Positions 17,921 through 27,046 of a stretch of 54,072 nucleotides of DNA are shown here, in pieces. The stretch covers positions 1 to 54,072 of the forward strand of contig LUZZ01000012.1 in NCBI GenBank assembly GCA_001603845.1, written 5' to 3'. Both the position numbers and the translations under genes were made by a program. The notes beneath the pieces are model-generated. The model was not told the origin of the DNA and did not search any database. It saw only the letters and a program-made list of their open reading frames with translations. Within the stretch, counting starts at the first letter, position 1, and each line of letters starts with the position of its first letter. Source of the DNA: Syntrophobacterales bacterium Delta_01. GTDB lineage: Bacteria; Desulfobacterota; Syntrophobacteria; Syntrophobacterales; Syntrophobacteraceae.

Positions 17921-19057
17921 ATGATCGATTTTACGTTTACGGATGAGCAGGAAATGTTCAGAAAAGCGTCCCGGGAATTTGCGGAAAACCGCGTGGCGCC
18001 GTTTGTACCGGAAATGGAAAAAACGGGCAAGACCTCGCCCGAGCTGGTTAAGGCCCTGGCCGAAGCGGAAATGATGGCCGTCACCATCCCGGAAGAATAC
18101 GGCGGGCTGGGGCTGGGATTTGTGGCAAGGCTGATCGCCCTGGAGGAGATCAGCCGGATTTCGGTCGCCACGGCGATGATGCTCCAGGTATTTGCGTTGG
18201 GAATCGACCCCATCGTGCGTTTCGGCTCCGAGGCGCAAAAGAAGCGGTACCTGCCCCCGCTGGCCACCGGAGAGCGGCTGGCGTCGGTGGCGGTGACCGA
18301 ACCCACCGGGGGCTCAGACCCGGCCGGCGGGCGGACCACCTACGTAAAGGACGGCGACGGTTATGTCATCTCCGGCCGCAAGTGCTTCATCACCAACTCG
18401 CACGTGGCGGACACCATTACCGTGCTGGCCAAGGACGAGACCAACCCCAAGGCGTTTTCGGCGTTTATCATTCCCAAGGGGACCGAAGGCTTCAAGGCCA
18501 CGCACGAAGAACACAAGGTGGGCATGAAGGGCTGCAACACGGGCGAACTGACCCTGGATAAATGCAGGGTGGGCGCGGAGAGCCTGTTGGGCGAGGAGGG
18601 AAAGGGCCTGAGGGTCACCATGTCCGCCATCGGCGACGTGGGGCGGGGCGGCATGGTGGGCTGCTCCCTGGGGGTGCAGACCGCATGCCTCGAAGCCTCA
18701 ATCAAATTCGCAAACGAGCGTGTCCTGTACGGCAAGCCCATCAGCGCCCTTCAGGGCATCCAGAATAAAGTGGCCGAAATGAAGATCGACCTGGAGGCCG
18801 GACGGCTCCTGGCATACCGCGCGGCGGCCCTGCAGGACCGGGGGGAACGAAGCAGCAACGAATTCGCCGTCGCCAAGTACTTCACGACCGAGGCGGCCCA
18901 GAAAGCGGCCAAAATAGCGGTGGACATCCACGGCGGCTACGGGTGCATGGAAGAATTCGCCGTGAGCCGGTACCTGCGCGACGCTTTTGTCCTGGGACCG
19001 TCGGCCGGCACCAGCGACATCATGAAAGTCATCATCGCCCGGTGGGTTCTGGGCTGA
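17921..19057 (+). CDS. acyl-CoA dehydrogenase
   Basis: 378 aa from ATG 17921 (AAGGAGG at 17906-17912). TEPTGGSDPAGG and DIHGGYG motifs. Confidence 0.92.
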   Translation: MIDFTFTDEQEMFRKASREFAENRVAPFVPEMEKTGKTSPELVKALAEAEMMAVTIPEEYGGLGLGFVARLIALEEISRISVATAMMLQVFALGIDPIVRFGSEAQKKRYLPPLATGERLASVAVTEPTGGSDPAGGRTTYVKDGDGYVISGRKCFITNSHVADTITVLAKDETNPKAFSAFIIPKGTEGFKATHEEHKVGMKGCNTGELTLDKCRVGAESLLGEEGKGLRVTMSAIGDVGRGGMVGCSLGVQTACLEASIKFANERVLYGKPISALQGIQNKVAEMKIDLEAGRLLAYRAAALQDRGERSSNEFAVAKYFTTEAAQKAAKIAVDIHGGYGCMEEFAVSRYLRDAFVLGPSAGTSDIMKVIIARWVLG

Positions 19058-19285
19058 TCCGAACCCGCGGCGGGACCTCCCCCGGTTCCGTCCGAAAGGC
19101 ACGGACCGGGGGGACCGGATAACCCGTACGGTGAAGACGCCGCATTCCCGCCCAGGCTCCCCGCGGGAATGACCATTTTGGGGACCCTGCCCCTATTCGG
19201 CGGGGTCCCGTTTTGTGGGAAGCGCCTCTCGTTTCCGCGCTCCCGGCGCCTCCCTCTCTCGATATCTTCCGCTTCCCCTGCTCCG

Positions 19286-19885
19286 TCAGCGCCCGACGGG
19301 CAGCAGGACCAGGGGCTCTTCCTGCAGCCCCAGAACTTCCTTCACCTTGTCGTCCTGGAAGGCCCCGACCACCACCGTACCCAGATTGAGGGAAACGGCC
19401 TGGAGACACACGTTCTGGGCCGCATGCCCGGCTTCCATGAATGCGTAGCGGAGCCCCCGGCTGCCGTACTTGCCCGTGATTCTTTCAAACACCGCACAGA
19501 TGACCAGGGTGGCCGGGGCGTGCGCGATCATGAGCTGGCCGAGAGCGGCCCCGGCGAGCGAGCGCCGCGGGTCTCCCGCCAGGCATCGGACCAGGAGATG
19601 GCGGGCGGAATCGTACCGGTAGTTTCCCGCCTCCAAGCCCTCCACGTTTCCGGTCGCGAGGTAGACCTCCAGCGGGTAGAGCGCTCCCGCCGAGGGGCAG
19701 GTGCGATACCCGCCGGGGCGGTTGCGGCCCTGGGCCGCCCACAGGAGCTGCGCCGCCTCCTTCAGGACCAGGGGAGCGTCCCTGTAATCCCTTATCGAGC
19801 GGCGGGCGAGCAGCGCGCTTTCGACCGAAACGTGTCCATCGAAAGTAGGCTGCGAAAGTCGGATGGATGCGGATTCTTCGCTCAT
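19286..19885 (-). CDS. SagB/ThcOx-type nitroreductase-family protein
   Basis: RRSIRDY...PSAGALYPLEVY...NYRYD motifs. Start at 19885 preceded by GGAGGGAG. Confidence 0.8.
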   Translation of the reverse strand: MSEESASIRLSQPTFDGHVSVESALLARRSIRDYRDAPLVLKEAAQLLWAAQGRNRPGGYRTCPSAGALYPLEVYLATGNVEGLEAGNYRYDSARHLLVRCLAGDPRRSLAGAALGQLMIAHAPATLVICAVFERITGKYGSRGLRYAFMEAGHAAQNVCLQAVSLNLGTVVVGAFQDDKVKEVLGLQEEPLVLLPVGR

Positions 19886-19952
19886 TTGCTCCCTCCCCGG
19901 ACGAAGGTGCTTATAATGAAAACTCAGGACCATTCACCTTTAAGGTTTAAAA

Positions 19953-21917
19953 ATGAGAAAGCCGCTTTGGGTACCATCGAAACAGTGGAAAAACACGGCC
20001 GAGATCACCCGCTTCATGGACTTCGTCAGCCGGAAATACGGTTTCGAAGCCGATACTTACGCGGACCTCTACCGGTGGTCTGTCGATAATATACCCGACT
20101 TCTGGGCCGCCGTATGGGATTTTGTGGGCATCCGGGCCTCCCGCGGATACGACCGGGTCGTCGATGACCTCGGCAAATTCCCCGGAGCGTCGTGGTTTCC
20201 GGGCGCGAGGCTCAATTTCGCCGAAAACCTTCTCCGGTACCGGGACGACCACCCGGCGTTCATTTTTCGGGGCGAAGACAAAAGATCCGCCGTCATGACC
20301 TACGCCCAGGTCTACGATTCCGTGGCCCGCCTGGCGCAGGCACTCAAAAACGCCGGGGTCGCGCCGGGCGACAGGGTCGCCGCCTACATGCCCAACCTGA
20401 TCGAAACCGTCCTGGCAATGCTTGCCGCAACCTCCATCGGGGCCGTGTGGTCCTCGTGCGGAAGCGAACTGGGCCCCGCCGCCGCGGCCGGCCGCCTGGG
20501 CCAGATCGGCGTGAAAATCCTGTTCGCCGCCGACGGGCAGTTCTACAAGGGGAAAACCATCGACATGCTGCCGAACGTCCAGCAGGCGGCAAAAGAGATC
20601 CCGTCGCTGGAAAAAGTGGTGGTGGTCCCTTACGCGAACCCCGATCCGGATATCTCGGACATCCCGAACGCCGTGCCGTGGGACGATTTCATCGCGGATG
20701 CGCAAACCACTCCCCCGCGGCTCGAACCCGCGCAACTTCCCTTCGACCACCCGGTGTACATCATGTTTTCGTCCGGCACCACCGGCAAGCCCAAGTGCAT
20801 GGTCCAGGGGGCGGGAGTGCTGATCAACCAGCTCAAAGAACTGGTGCTCCATACCGACCTTCGGCGCGAGGACAGGATTTTCTATATAAGTTCGCCCAGT
20901 TGGATGATGTGGAATTGGCTCGTGAGTTCCCTGGCGGTGGGCGCGACCATCGTGCTCTACGACGGAAACCCCAATTACCCGGACTGGAGCGCGCTGTGGA
21001 GACTGGCCCGGGACGAACGGATCAGCATTTTCGGCTGCAGCGCGAGCTACATCAACTATTTAAGAAGCGTGGGAGCGCAGCCGGGAAAGCAGTTCGACCT
21101 ATCGGCCCTCCGGGCGATGTCCCAAACCGGCTCCCCCCTTTCGGTGGAAGGTTTTCAATACGTTTACAGTGAAATCAAGGAGGACATGCATTTCAACTCC
21201 ATCTCGGGGGGAACGGACATAAACGGCTGCTTCGCCATCGGAAGCCCCATCCAGCCGGTCTACGCGGGGGAGCTTCAGGGGCCGGGCCTGGGGATGAAGA
21301 TCGCGGCCCGCGGCGAACGGGGCGAGCACGTGGTCGACCGGCAGGGGGAACTGGTCTGCGAAGCCCCCGCCCCTTCCATGCCCCTCTATTTCTGGAACGA
21401 CCCCGGCGGGGAAAAGTACAGGAACGCCTACTTCGACGTGTACCCCGGTGCCTGGCGGCACGGCGACTGGGTGCTCTTCCACGGCGACACCGGAGGGATC
21501 ACCTTTCTCGGCCGTTCGGATTTTACGCTCAAACCTTCGGGAGTGAGGATCGGGCCGGCGGAAATCTACAACGTGGTGGAAAAGATCGACGGAATCGCGG
21601 ACAGCATGGCGGTGGGGCAAAACGTGGGAGGCGACCAGCGGGTCATCCTGTTTGTGAAGCCGGCGCCGGGCCGCACGCTGACCGAAGACCTCAAAAACAC
21701 CATCCGGTCCGCCCTTCGCCGGGAGGCGTCCCCGCGCCACGTCCCGCAGTTGATCATTGAAGCTCCCGACATCCCTTACACTTTCAACATGAAAAAGGTG
21801 GAAAGCTCCGTGACCAACATCCTGAACGGCAGGCCGATCTCCAACCGGGACGCCCTCATCAACCCGGAAGCGCTTGATTTTTATATCGAAATCGCCCGGG
21901 ACCTCCACGCCGGGTAA
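19953..21917 (+). CDS. acetoacetyl-CoA synthetase (acetoacetate-CoA ligase)
   Basis: 654 aa. The N-terminus LWVPSKQ...ITRFMDFV...YADLYRWSVDNIPDFWAAVWDF is typical of this family. AMP-binding motif MFSSGTTGKPKC. Confidence 0.9.
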   Translation: MRKPLWVPSKQWKNTAEITRFMDFVSRKYGFEADTYADLYRWSVDNIPDFWAAVWDFVGIRASRGYDRVVDDLGKFPGASWFPGARLNFAENLLRYRDDHPAFIFRGEDKRSAVMTYAQVYDSVARLAQALKNAGVAPGDRVAAYMPNLIETVLAMLAATSIGAVWSSCGSELGPAAAAGRLGQIGVKILFAADGQFYKGKTIDMLPNVQQAAKEIPSLEKVVVVPYANPDPDISDIPNAVPWDDFIADAQTTPPRLEPAQLPFDHPVYIMFSSGTTGKPKCMVQGAGVLINQLKELVLHTDLRREDRIFYISSPSWMMWNWLVSSLAVGATIVLYDGNPNYPDWSALWRLARDERISIFGCSASYINYLRSVGAQPGKQFDLSALRAMSQTGSPLSVEGFQYVYSEIKEDMHFNSISGGTDINGCFAIGSPIQPVYAGELQGPGLGMKIAARGERGEHVVDRQGELVCEAPAPSMPLYFWNDPGGEKYRNAYFDVYPGAWRHGDWVLFHGDTGGITFLGRSDFTLKPSGVRIGPAEIYNVVEKIDGIADSMAVGQNVGGDQRVILFVKPAPGRTLTEDLKNTIRSALRREASPRHVPQLIIEAPDIPYTFNMKKVESSVTNILNGRPISNRDALINPEALDFYIEIARDLHAG

Positions 21918-21989
21918 TGTGCCGCGCAAAACGGTGACTTCCTGATTATTTTCTAACGACATGCCAACCACTCGGAGGATGTAGCGGAT

Positions 21990-22568
21990 ATGAACCCCAA
22001 CCGGGAATTTTTGAAACCCAACGACTGTGTTTTGCTGCTCGTGGACATGCAGAAAGTTCTGCTGGACCTCTGTGTCGATTCGCCCCGCGTCGTTCGCAAC
22101 ACCGCCGCCCTGATCGAAGTCGCCAAGGTATTTGCCATCCCCGTTGTGTTTTCGGTTCAGAACGCCGAAAAACTGGGAGGATTTCTGCCCGAACTCACCG
22201 GTCTGCTCGCCGAACCCAACCTGATCCACAAGATGGAATTCAACTGTTTCGAAAACGAAGCCATCGAGCGGGCCGTGCGGGAAACCGGGCGCAAGACCAT
22301 TCTGCTGGCCGGCACCGAAGGGCACGTGTGCATCTTCCACACGGGCGCGGGGGCGCTCGGCCTGGGCTACACGGTCCACGTGGCATCGGACGCCGTAACG
22401 TCCAGGACGGCTCCAAACAGGCAAATCGGCCTCGACCGCCTGGAAAAGGCCGGGGCGGTGATCAGTTCCACGGAAATGATCATCTTCGAACTGCTCCACC
22501 GCGCCGGGACCCCGCAATTCCGGGCCGTCCTGCCCCTTCTCAAAACCTTTGAAAACGCGAACAAATGA
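21990..22568 (+). CDS. isochorismatase-family hydrolase
   Basis: 192 aa. CVLLLVDMQ...LLAGTEGHVCI pattern (catalytic Asp/Lys/Cys arrangement). Confidence 0.8.
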   Translation: MNPNREFLKPNDCVLLLVDMQKVLLDLCVDSPRVVRNTAALIEVAKVFAIPVVFSVQNAEKLGGFLPELTGLLAEPNLIHKMEFNCFENEAIERAVRETGRKTILLAGTEGHVCIFHTGAGALGLGYTVHVASDAVTSRTAPNRQIGLDRLEKAGAVISSTEMIIFELLHRAGTPQFRAVLPLLKTFENANK

Positions 22569-22729
22569 TCCTTCCCGCCGGCGAGTCCCGTCCGGGCCGG
22601 CGCATCTCTCCACCCCGCGGTTCGAACCGCCCGCCGGGCAGGCACCGCCGGGTACGGGGAGAAAGCGCCGCGCATCCCCGAACTAACCACTTGCGCGAAT
22701 CACCCGGATTGGGTAAAGTTATTAGTTAC

Positions 22730-22803
22730 GCCCCCGTAGCTCAGGTGGATAGAGCACAGGATTCCTAATCCTGGTGCCGAGTGTTCGAGTCACTCCGGGG
22801 GCA
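22730..22803 (+). tRNA. tRNA-Arg (anticodon CCT)
   Basis: Acceptor gcccccg/cgggggc. Anticodon arm cagga/ttCCTaa/tcctg. T arm gagtg/ttcgagt/cactc. Discriminator A. No encoded CCA. Confidence 0.9.
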
Positions 22804-22854
22804 TTGGTTTTGCGGGCTGTTGAACCTCGACCTGACGTGAGAAACTGACGGGAG

Positions 22855-22887
22855 GGGGGCCGCTTTCGCCGGCCCCCTTTCTTTATT
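22855..22887 (+). terminator. Rho-independent terminator after tRNA-Arg
   Basis: 8-bp GC stem gggggccg/cggccccc (22855-22862 / 22870-22877), 7-nt loop, then tttctttatt. Confidence 0.65.
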
Positions 22888-23138
22888 CCCGTCCTCGTGC
22901 ATGTTTTCACGCCCGCAAAAGCAGCCGGCTCTCCTCGCCTCCCCCCGTGGAACAGCCACAACAGTGCCCGGAATTCGCATTTTTTGTCTCACCCGACCTG
23001 GATGATTGAATAAAAATGCTCCTTATCCGATTGATGGGGTAGTATTTTTTTGTTATTTTTACAGTCGGCGAATGACTACGAGCCGACCGGGTCTTATAGA
23101 TAAGTACCGTTACCGGTCAATCACGGTGGGTGAGTACG

Positions 23139-23164
23139 GAGACCGCAGGACAGGGGTCTTTTTT
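23139..23164 (+). terminator. terminator-like hairpin in the AT-rich gap (3' end of a possible small transcript)
   Basis: gagacc-N10-ggtctt, running into a 5-6-T tract (the stem's 3' end shares 1-2 of the Ts, through 23164). Confidence 0.4.
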
Positions 23165-23608
23165 GATATTGGAGCAACGATGATAGCATGAACGAGCCGC
23201 ACCATGAGGTACGTCCCGCAACACCGCTATCCTTTTGGTATCACGTAACAGAGTTGGTTGCCGCCTATTAGATTCCCGATTTCCTTATCAAAATCCGTTG
23301 ATCACCGGACCTTGTCAGCCTGGTTACCCCGTCCGCCCTCCGACGTCCGAGAGCGAGCGGCGCTGATGATCCACACATTCGTACGGGATGTCGAAAAGCG
23401 AACGATCGGATTGATATGCAGGAGGCGGCATTCACAACAGTCCTGGTTTCCTCCAGGGCAGAAAGCGTTCCGGGAAAGCGATTACAGGGCAATTTCGCGG
23501 CCAACCTGGCGAATTGCCGAAAAGTTATCTCAACCGGCCGGGACCGCCCACTCCGGAGAGGAAACCGCTTCATTAACAGGGTCAAGAAACATCGAGGAAG
23601 GCTACAGC

Positions 23609-24169
23609 ATGACACCCATCAATCTCAGTAATCAGTACGACAATGATTTCATTCGCATGGTGGAAGAACAGTCCGAGCAAAAGATGAACCGGTGCTACCA
23701 GTGCGGGAACTGCACGGCCGGCTGCCCCATGTCGTTTGCCTACGACATTCCCGTGAATCAGATCATGCGCCTGGTGCAGGCAGGGCAAAAAGATACCGTC
23801 CTGGGGTGCAAATCCATCTGGCTTTGCGCCACGTGCGGGGCCTGCACGACCCGATGCCCCAATAATGTGGACGTTGCCCGCGTGATGGACGTCCTAAGGC
23901 AGATCGCCCGGCGCGAAGGATACGCCGGCGTGAACGGGCTCAAGGAATTCCACGATGCATTCCTGGAATCGATCCAGGCCCACGGGCGGGTTTTCGAACC
24001 GGGGCTGCTGGCAAAATTCGTCGCCAAAACGGGCAAGGGCCTGGCCGACTTCAGTCTTGGCCCGCAAATCTTATCAAAGAGAAAAATCTCGCTCCTGCCC
24101 TCCAACATCCAGGGCAAAGAAGAAATCGCTAAGATCTTCAAGCGATTTGAAAAGGGAGCCGCCGCATGA
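23609..24169 (+). CDS. hdrC: heterodisulfide reductase subunit C
   Basis: ATG 23609 after GAGGAAGG. Two ferredoxin-type motifs, CYQCGNCTAGCP and CATCGACTTRCP. 186 aa. Confidence 0.9.
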   Translation: MTPINLSNQYDNDFIRMVEEQSEQKMNRCYQCGNCTAGCPMSFAYDIPVNQIMRLVQAGQKDTVLGCKSIWLCATCGACTTRCPNNVDVARVMDVLRQIARREGYAGVNGLKEFHDAFLESIQAHGRVFEPGLLAKFVAKTGKGLADFSLGPQILSKRKISLLPSNIQGKEEIAKIFKRFEKGAAA

Positions 24170-25047
24170 GCTACGATTTTGCCTATTACCCGGGTTGTTC
24201 GGGGCATGGGACCTCCAAGGAGTACGACCGGTCCACCCGTGCCGTGTGCGCCGCTTTCGGCCTCAACCTGGTAGATATTCCCGACTGGAGCTGCTGCGGT
24301 TCCAGCCCGGCACATGCCCTGGACTATTCTTTCGCCGCGGCGCTGGCTGCCAGGAACCTGGAGCTGGTCGAAGACATGGGGCTGGGCACGGCAATCACCC
24401 CCTGCCCCAGTTGCCTGACCAACCTCAGGGCGGCCTCTTACCGTATCCAGAGCGAGACTTTCCGCGAAAAAGTCAACAAACTGCTGGACAGACCCTACCA
24501 CGGCTCCGTTCAGTCGCTGTCCGTCCTCCAGGTCCTCGTGGAACAAATCGGTATCGACGCCATCGCCGCCAGGGTCCTCCAGCCCCTCAAGGGGCTCAAG
24601 GTTGCCCCGTATTACGGCTGCATCATGAATCGGCCTCCCGAGATCATGTCCTTCGACGATCCGGAAAACCCCATGGCCATGGACAACATCATGACGGCCC
24701 TGGGGGCCGAGGTGATGCCGTTTCCCCTCAAGGTGGAATGCTGCGGGGCTTCATTCGGCGTAGCGAGGCAGGACATCGTCGCGCGGCTTTCCGGCAAGCT
24801 GCTCGCCTGCGCGAGAGGTCTGGGCGCTCACGCGATGGTGGTGGCCTGCCCCATGTGCCAGATGAACCTGGACTTGCGGCAGGAACAGGTGAACAAGGCG
24901 CTGAACGAAAATTTTCAGATGCCGGTGGTTTACTATACGCAACTCATGGGCCTGGCCCTCGGGTGCCCCGAGGACGATCTGGGACTGGACAAGCTGGCCG
25001 TGGATCCCAGGCCTGTATTATCCAAAGTGTTGACGGTCGCGGGCTGA
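24166..25047 (+). CDS. hdrB: heterodisulfide reductase subunit B
   Basis: Two CCG domains (DWSCCGSSPAH, VECCGASFG). 4-nt overlap with hdrC. Confidence 0.9.
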   Translation: MSYDFAYYPGCSGHGTSKEYDRSTRAVCAAFGLNLVDIPDWSCCGSSPAHALDYSFAAALAARNLELVEDMGLGTAITPCPSCLTNLRAASYRIQSETFREKVNKLLDRPYHGSVQSLSVLQVLVEQIGIDAIAARVLQPLKGLKVAPYYGCIMNRPPEIMSFDDPENPMAMDNIMTALGAEVMPFPLKVECCGASFGVARQDIVARLSGKLLACARGLGAHAMVVACPMCQMNLDLRQEQVNKALNENFQMPVVYYTQLMGLALGCPEDDLGLDKLAVDPRPVLSKVLTVAG

Positions 25048-25087
25048 AAGCGCGGGATATCGCACTGAAAGGGAGTTTTAACGCAAT

Positions 25088-27046
25088 ATGCGAATCGGCG
25101 TTTTCGTCTGCCATTGCGGCAGCAACATAGAAGGTACGGTGGACACGGCGGCCGTGGCCGCGGCGGCTTTGTCTTTTCCCGAAGTGGTCATGGCCACCGA
25201 TACCATGTACGCCTGCTCGAAACCCGGGCAGGATGCCATGGTCCAGGCCATACGGGAGAAAAACCTGAGCGGCCTGGTGGTGGCGTCCTGTTCGCCGCGG
25301 ATGCATGAGAACACTTTCCGGCGCGCGGTGGAAAAAGCGGGGCTCAACCGCTACCTGTTCGAGATGGCCAATATCCGCGAGCATGTTTCGTGGATCGGGA
25401 AGGACCGCGAGGCCAATACGAACAAGGCCATCGAACTGGTGCGCATGGCCGTTGAGAAGCTGCGGCGCGACTCGGCGCTGTTTTCGAAAAAATTCGAGAT
25501 AAACAAAAAGGTGATGGTCATCGGGGGCGGGGTGGCCGGCATCCAGGCGGCGCTCGACTGTGCGGAGGGCGGCCTGGACGTCGTCATGGTGGAGCGGGAA
25601 TCCACCATCGGCGGCAAAATGGCCAAGCTGGACAAGACTTTCCCCACCCTGGACTGTTCGAGCTGCATCCTGGGCCCCAAGATGGTGGACATCGCCCAGC
25701 ATCCCGGGATCGAGCTCCTGGCCTGCTCCGAGGTCACCCAGGTGAGCGGCTATGTGGGCAATTTCCAGGTCGAAGTGCGCCGGAAGGCCACCTACGTGGA
25801 CTGGAACAAGTGTACGGGCTGCGGCGCGTGCATGCAAAAATGCCCGGGCAAGAAGGCGGTGGACCGTTTCAACGAATCGATGGGCCACACGACGGCCATC
25901 AACATCCCGTTTCCGCAGGCCATTCCCAAAAAAGCGGTGATAGACCCGGCCTACTGCCGGCAGTTCACCAGGGGCAAATGCGGGGTGTGCGCGAAGACCT
26001 GCCCCACCGGCGCCATCGACTACAACATGACCGATGAGACGATCACCCGGGACGTCGGCGCCATCATCGTCGCAACGGGTTACGACCTCTTCGACATCAG
26101 CGGATGCGGCGAGTACGGCGCCGGCCGCTATCCGGACGTCATCACCTCGCTCCAGTACGAGCGGCTGCTCTCGGCCGCCGGCCCCACCGGCGGGCACATC
26201 CTGCGCCCCTCGGACGGCACGGAGCCCAAGACCATCGTATTCATCCAGTGCGTGGGGTCCCGGGACAAATCCCTCGGACGTCCCTACTGTTCCGGTTTTT
26301 GCTGCATGTACACCGCCAAGCAGGCGATCCTGACCAAGGACCACATCCCGGATTCCAAGTCCTACGTTTTCTACATGGACATCCGTTCGCCGGGAAAGCT
26401 CTATGACGAGTTCACCCGCCGGGCGCAGGAAGAATACGAAGCCCAGTATATCCGGGGCCGCGTGTCCATGATCTACCCCAGGAACGGCAAGTACGTGGTG
26501 TGCGGGGCGGACACGCTGATGGAGCGGCAGGTCGAAGTCGAGGCGGACCTCGTGGTGCTGGCCGCGGGCGCCGGAGCAGCCTCCGGGGCGTCGGCCCTGG
26601 CGGAAAAATTGCGCATCTCCTACGACCAGTACGGTTTCTTCCTGGAAAGCCACCCCAAGCTCCGCCCCGTGGAAACGAACACGGCGGGGATTTTCCTGGC
26701 GGGGTCCTGCCAGGGCCCCAAGGACATTCCTTCATCGGTCTGCCAGGGGGGAGCGGCCGCAGGCAAGGTGCTGGCCCTGTTCTCGAAGGATTCGCTGGAA
26801 AGCGATCCGCAGATATCGGTGATCAACGCCAAACGGTGCGTGGGTTGCGGCAAATGCGCGCTCACCTGCCCCTTCGGCGCCATCAAGATGATCGACATGA
26901 GGGGCGAGCCGAAGGCGGAGGTCATCGAAACCGTCTGCCAGGGCTGCGGTATCTGCACATCCACGTGCCCGCAGGGGGCCGCGCAACTCTCACACTTTAC
27001 GGATAATCAAATCCTGGCGGAGGTCAATGCATTATGCCGGTGTTAA
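25088..27046 (+). CDS. hdrA: heterodisulfide reductase subunit A (FAD/FeS)
   Basis: 652 aa. IGVFVCHCGSNI N-terminus, FAD motif VIGGGVAGIQAA, and several CxxCxxCxxxC ferredoxin motifs. Confidence 0.92.
   Translation: MRIGVFVCHCGSNIEGTVDTAAVAAAALSFPEVVMATDTMYACSKPGQDAMVQAIREKNLSGLVVASCSPRMHENTFRRAVEKAGLNRYLFEMANIREHVSWIGKDREANTNKAIELVRMAVEKLRRDSALFSKKFEINKKVMVIGGGVAGIQAALDCAEGGLDVVMVERESTIGGKMAKLDKTFPTLDCSSCILGPKMVDIAQHPGIELLACSEVTQVSGYVGNFQVEVRRKATYVDWNKCTGCGACMQKCPGKKAVDRFNESMGHTTAINIPFPQAIPKKAVIDPAYCRQFTRGKCGVCAKTCPTGAIDYNMTDETITRDVGAIIVATGYDLFDISGCGEYGAGRYPDVITSLQYERLLSAAGPTGGHILRPSDGTEPKTIVFIQCVGSRDKSLGRPYCSGFCCMYTAKQAILTKDHIPDSKSYVFYMDIRSPGKLYDEFTRRAQEEYEAQYIRGRVSMIYPRNGKYVVCGADTLMERQVEVEADLVVLAAGAGAASGASALAEKLRISYDQYGFFLESHPKLRPVETNTAGIFLAGSCQGPKDIPSSVCQGGAAAGKVLALFSKDSLESDPQISVINAKRCVGCGKCALTCPFGAIKMIDMRGEPKAEVIETVCQGCGICTSTCPQGAAQLSHFTDNQILAEVNALCRC

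Noticed and set aside
23258-23608. N-terminal 117-aa extension of the hdrC ORF (ORF 23258-24169).
   Set aside because: The extension has no HdrC similarity and reads as low-complexity, non-coding-like text. A good SD and ATG at 23609 gives a normal-length (186 aa) HdrC.
22730-23608. tRNA-Arg-associated integrated element or genomic island.
   Set aside because: No integrase or excisionase ORF is present, and I could not find a direct repeat of the tRNA 3' end downstream. Only the AT-rich islet is notable (reported separately).
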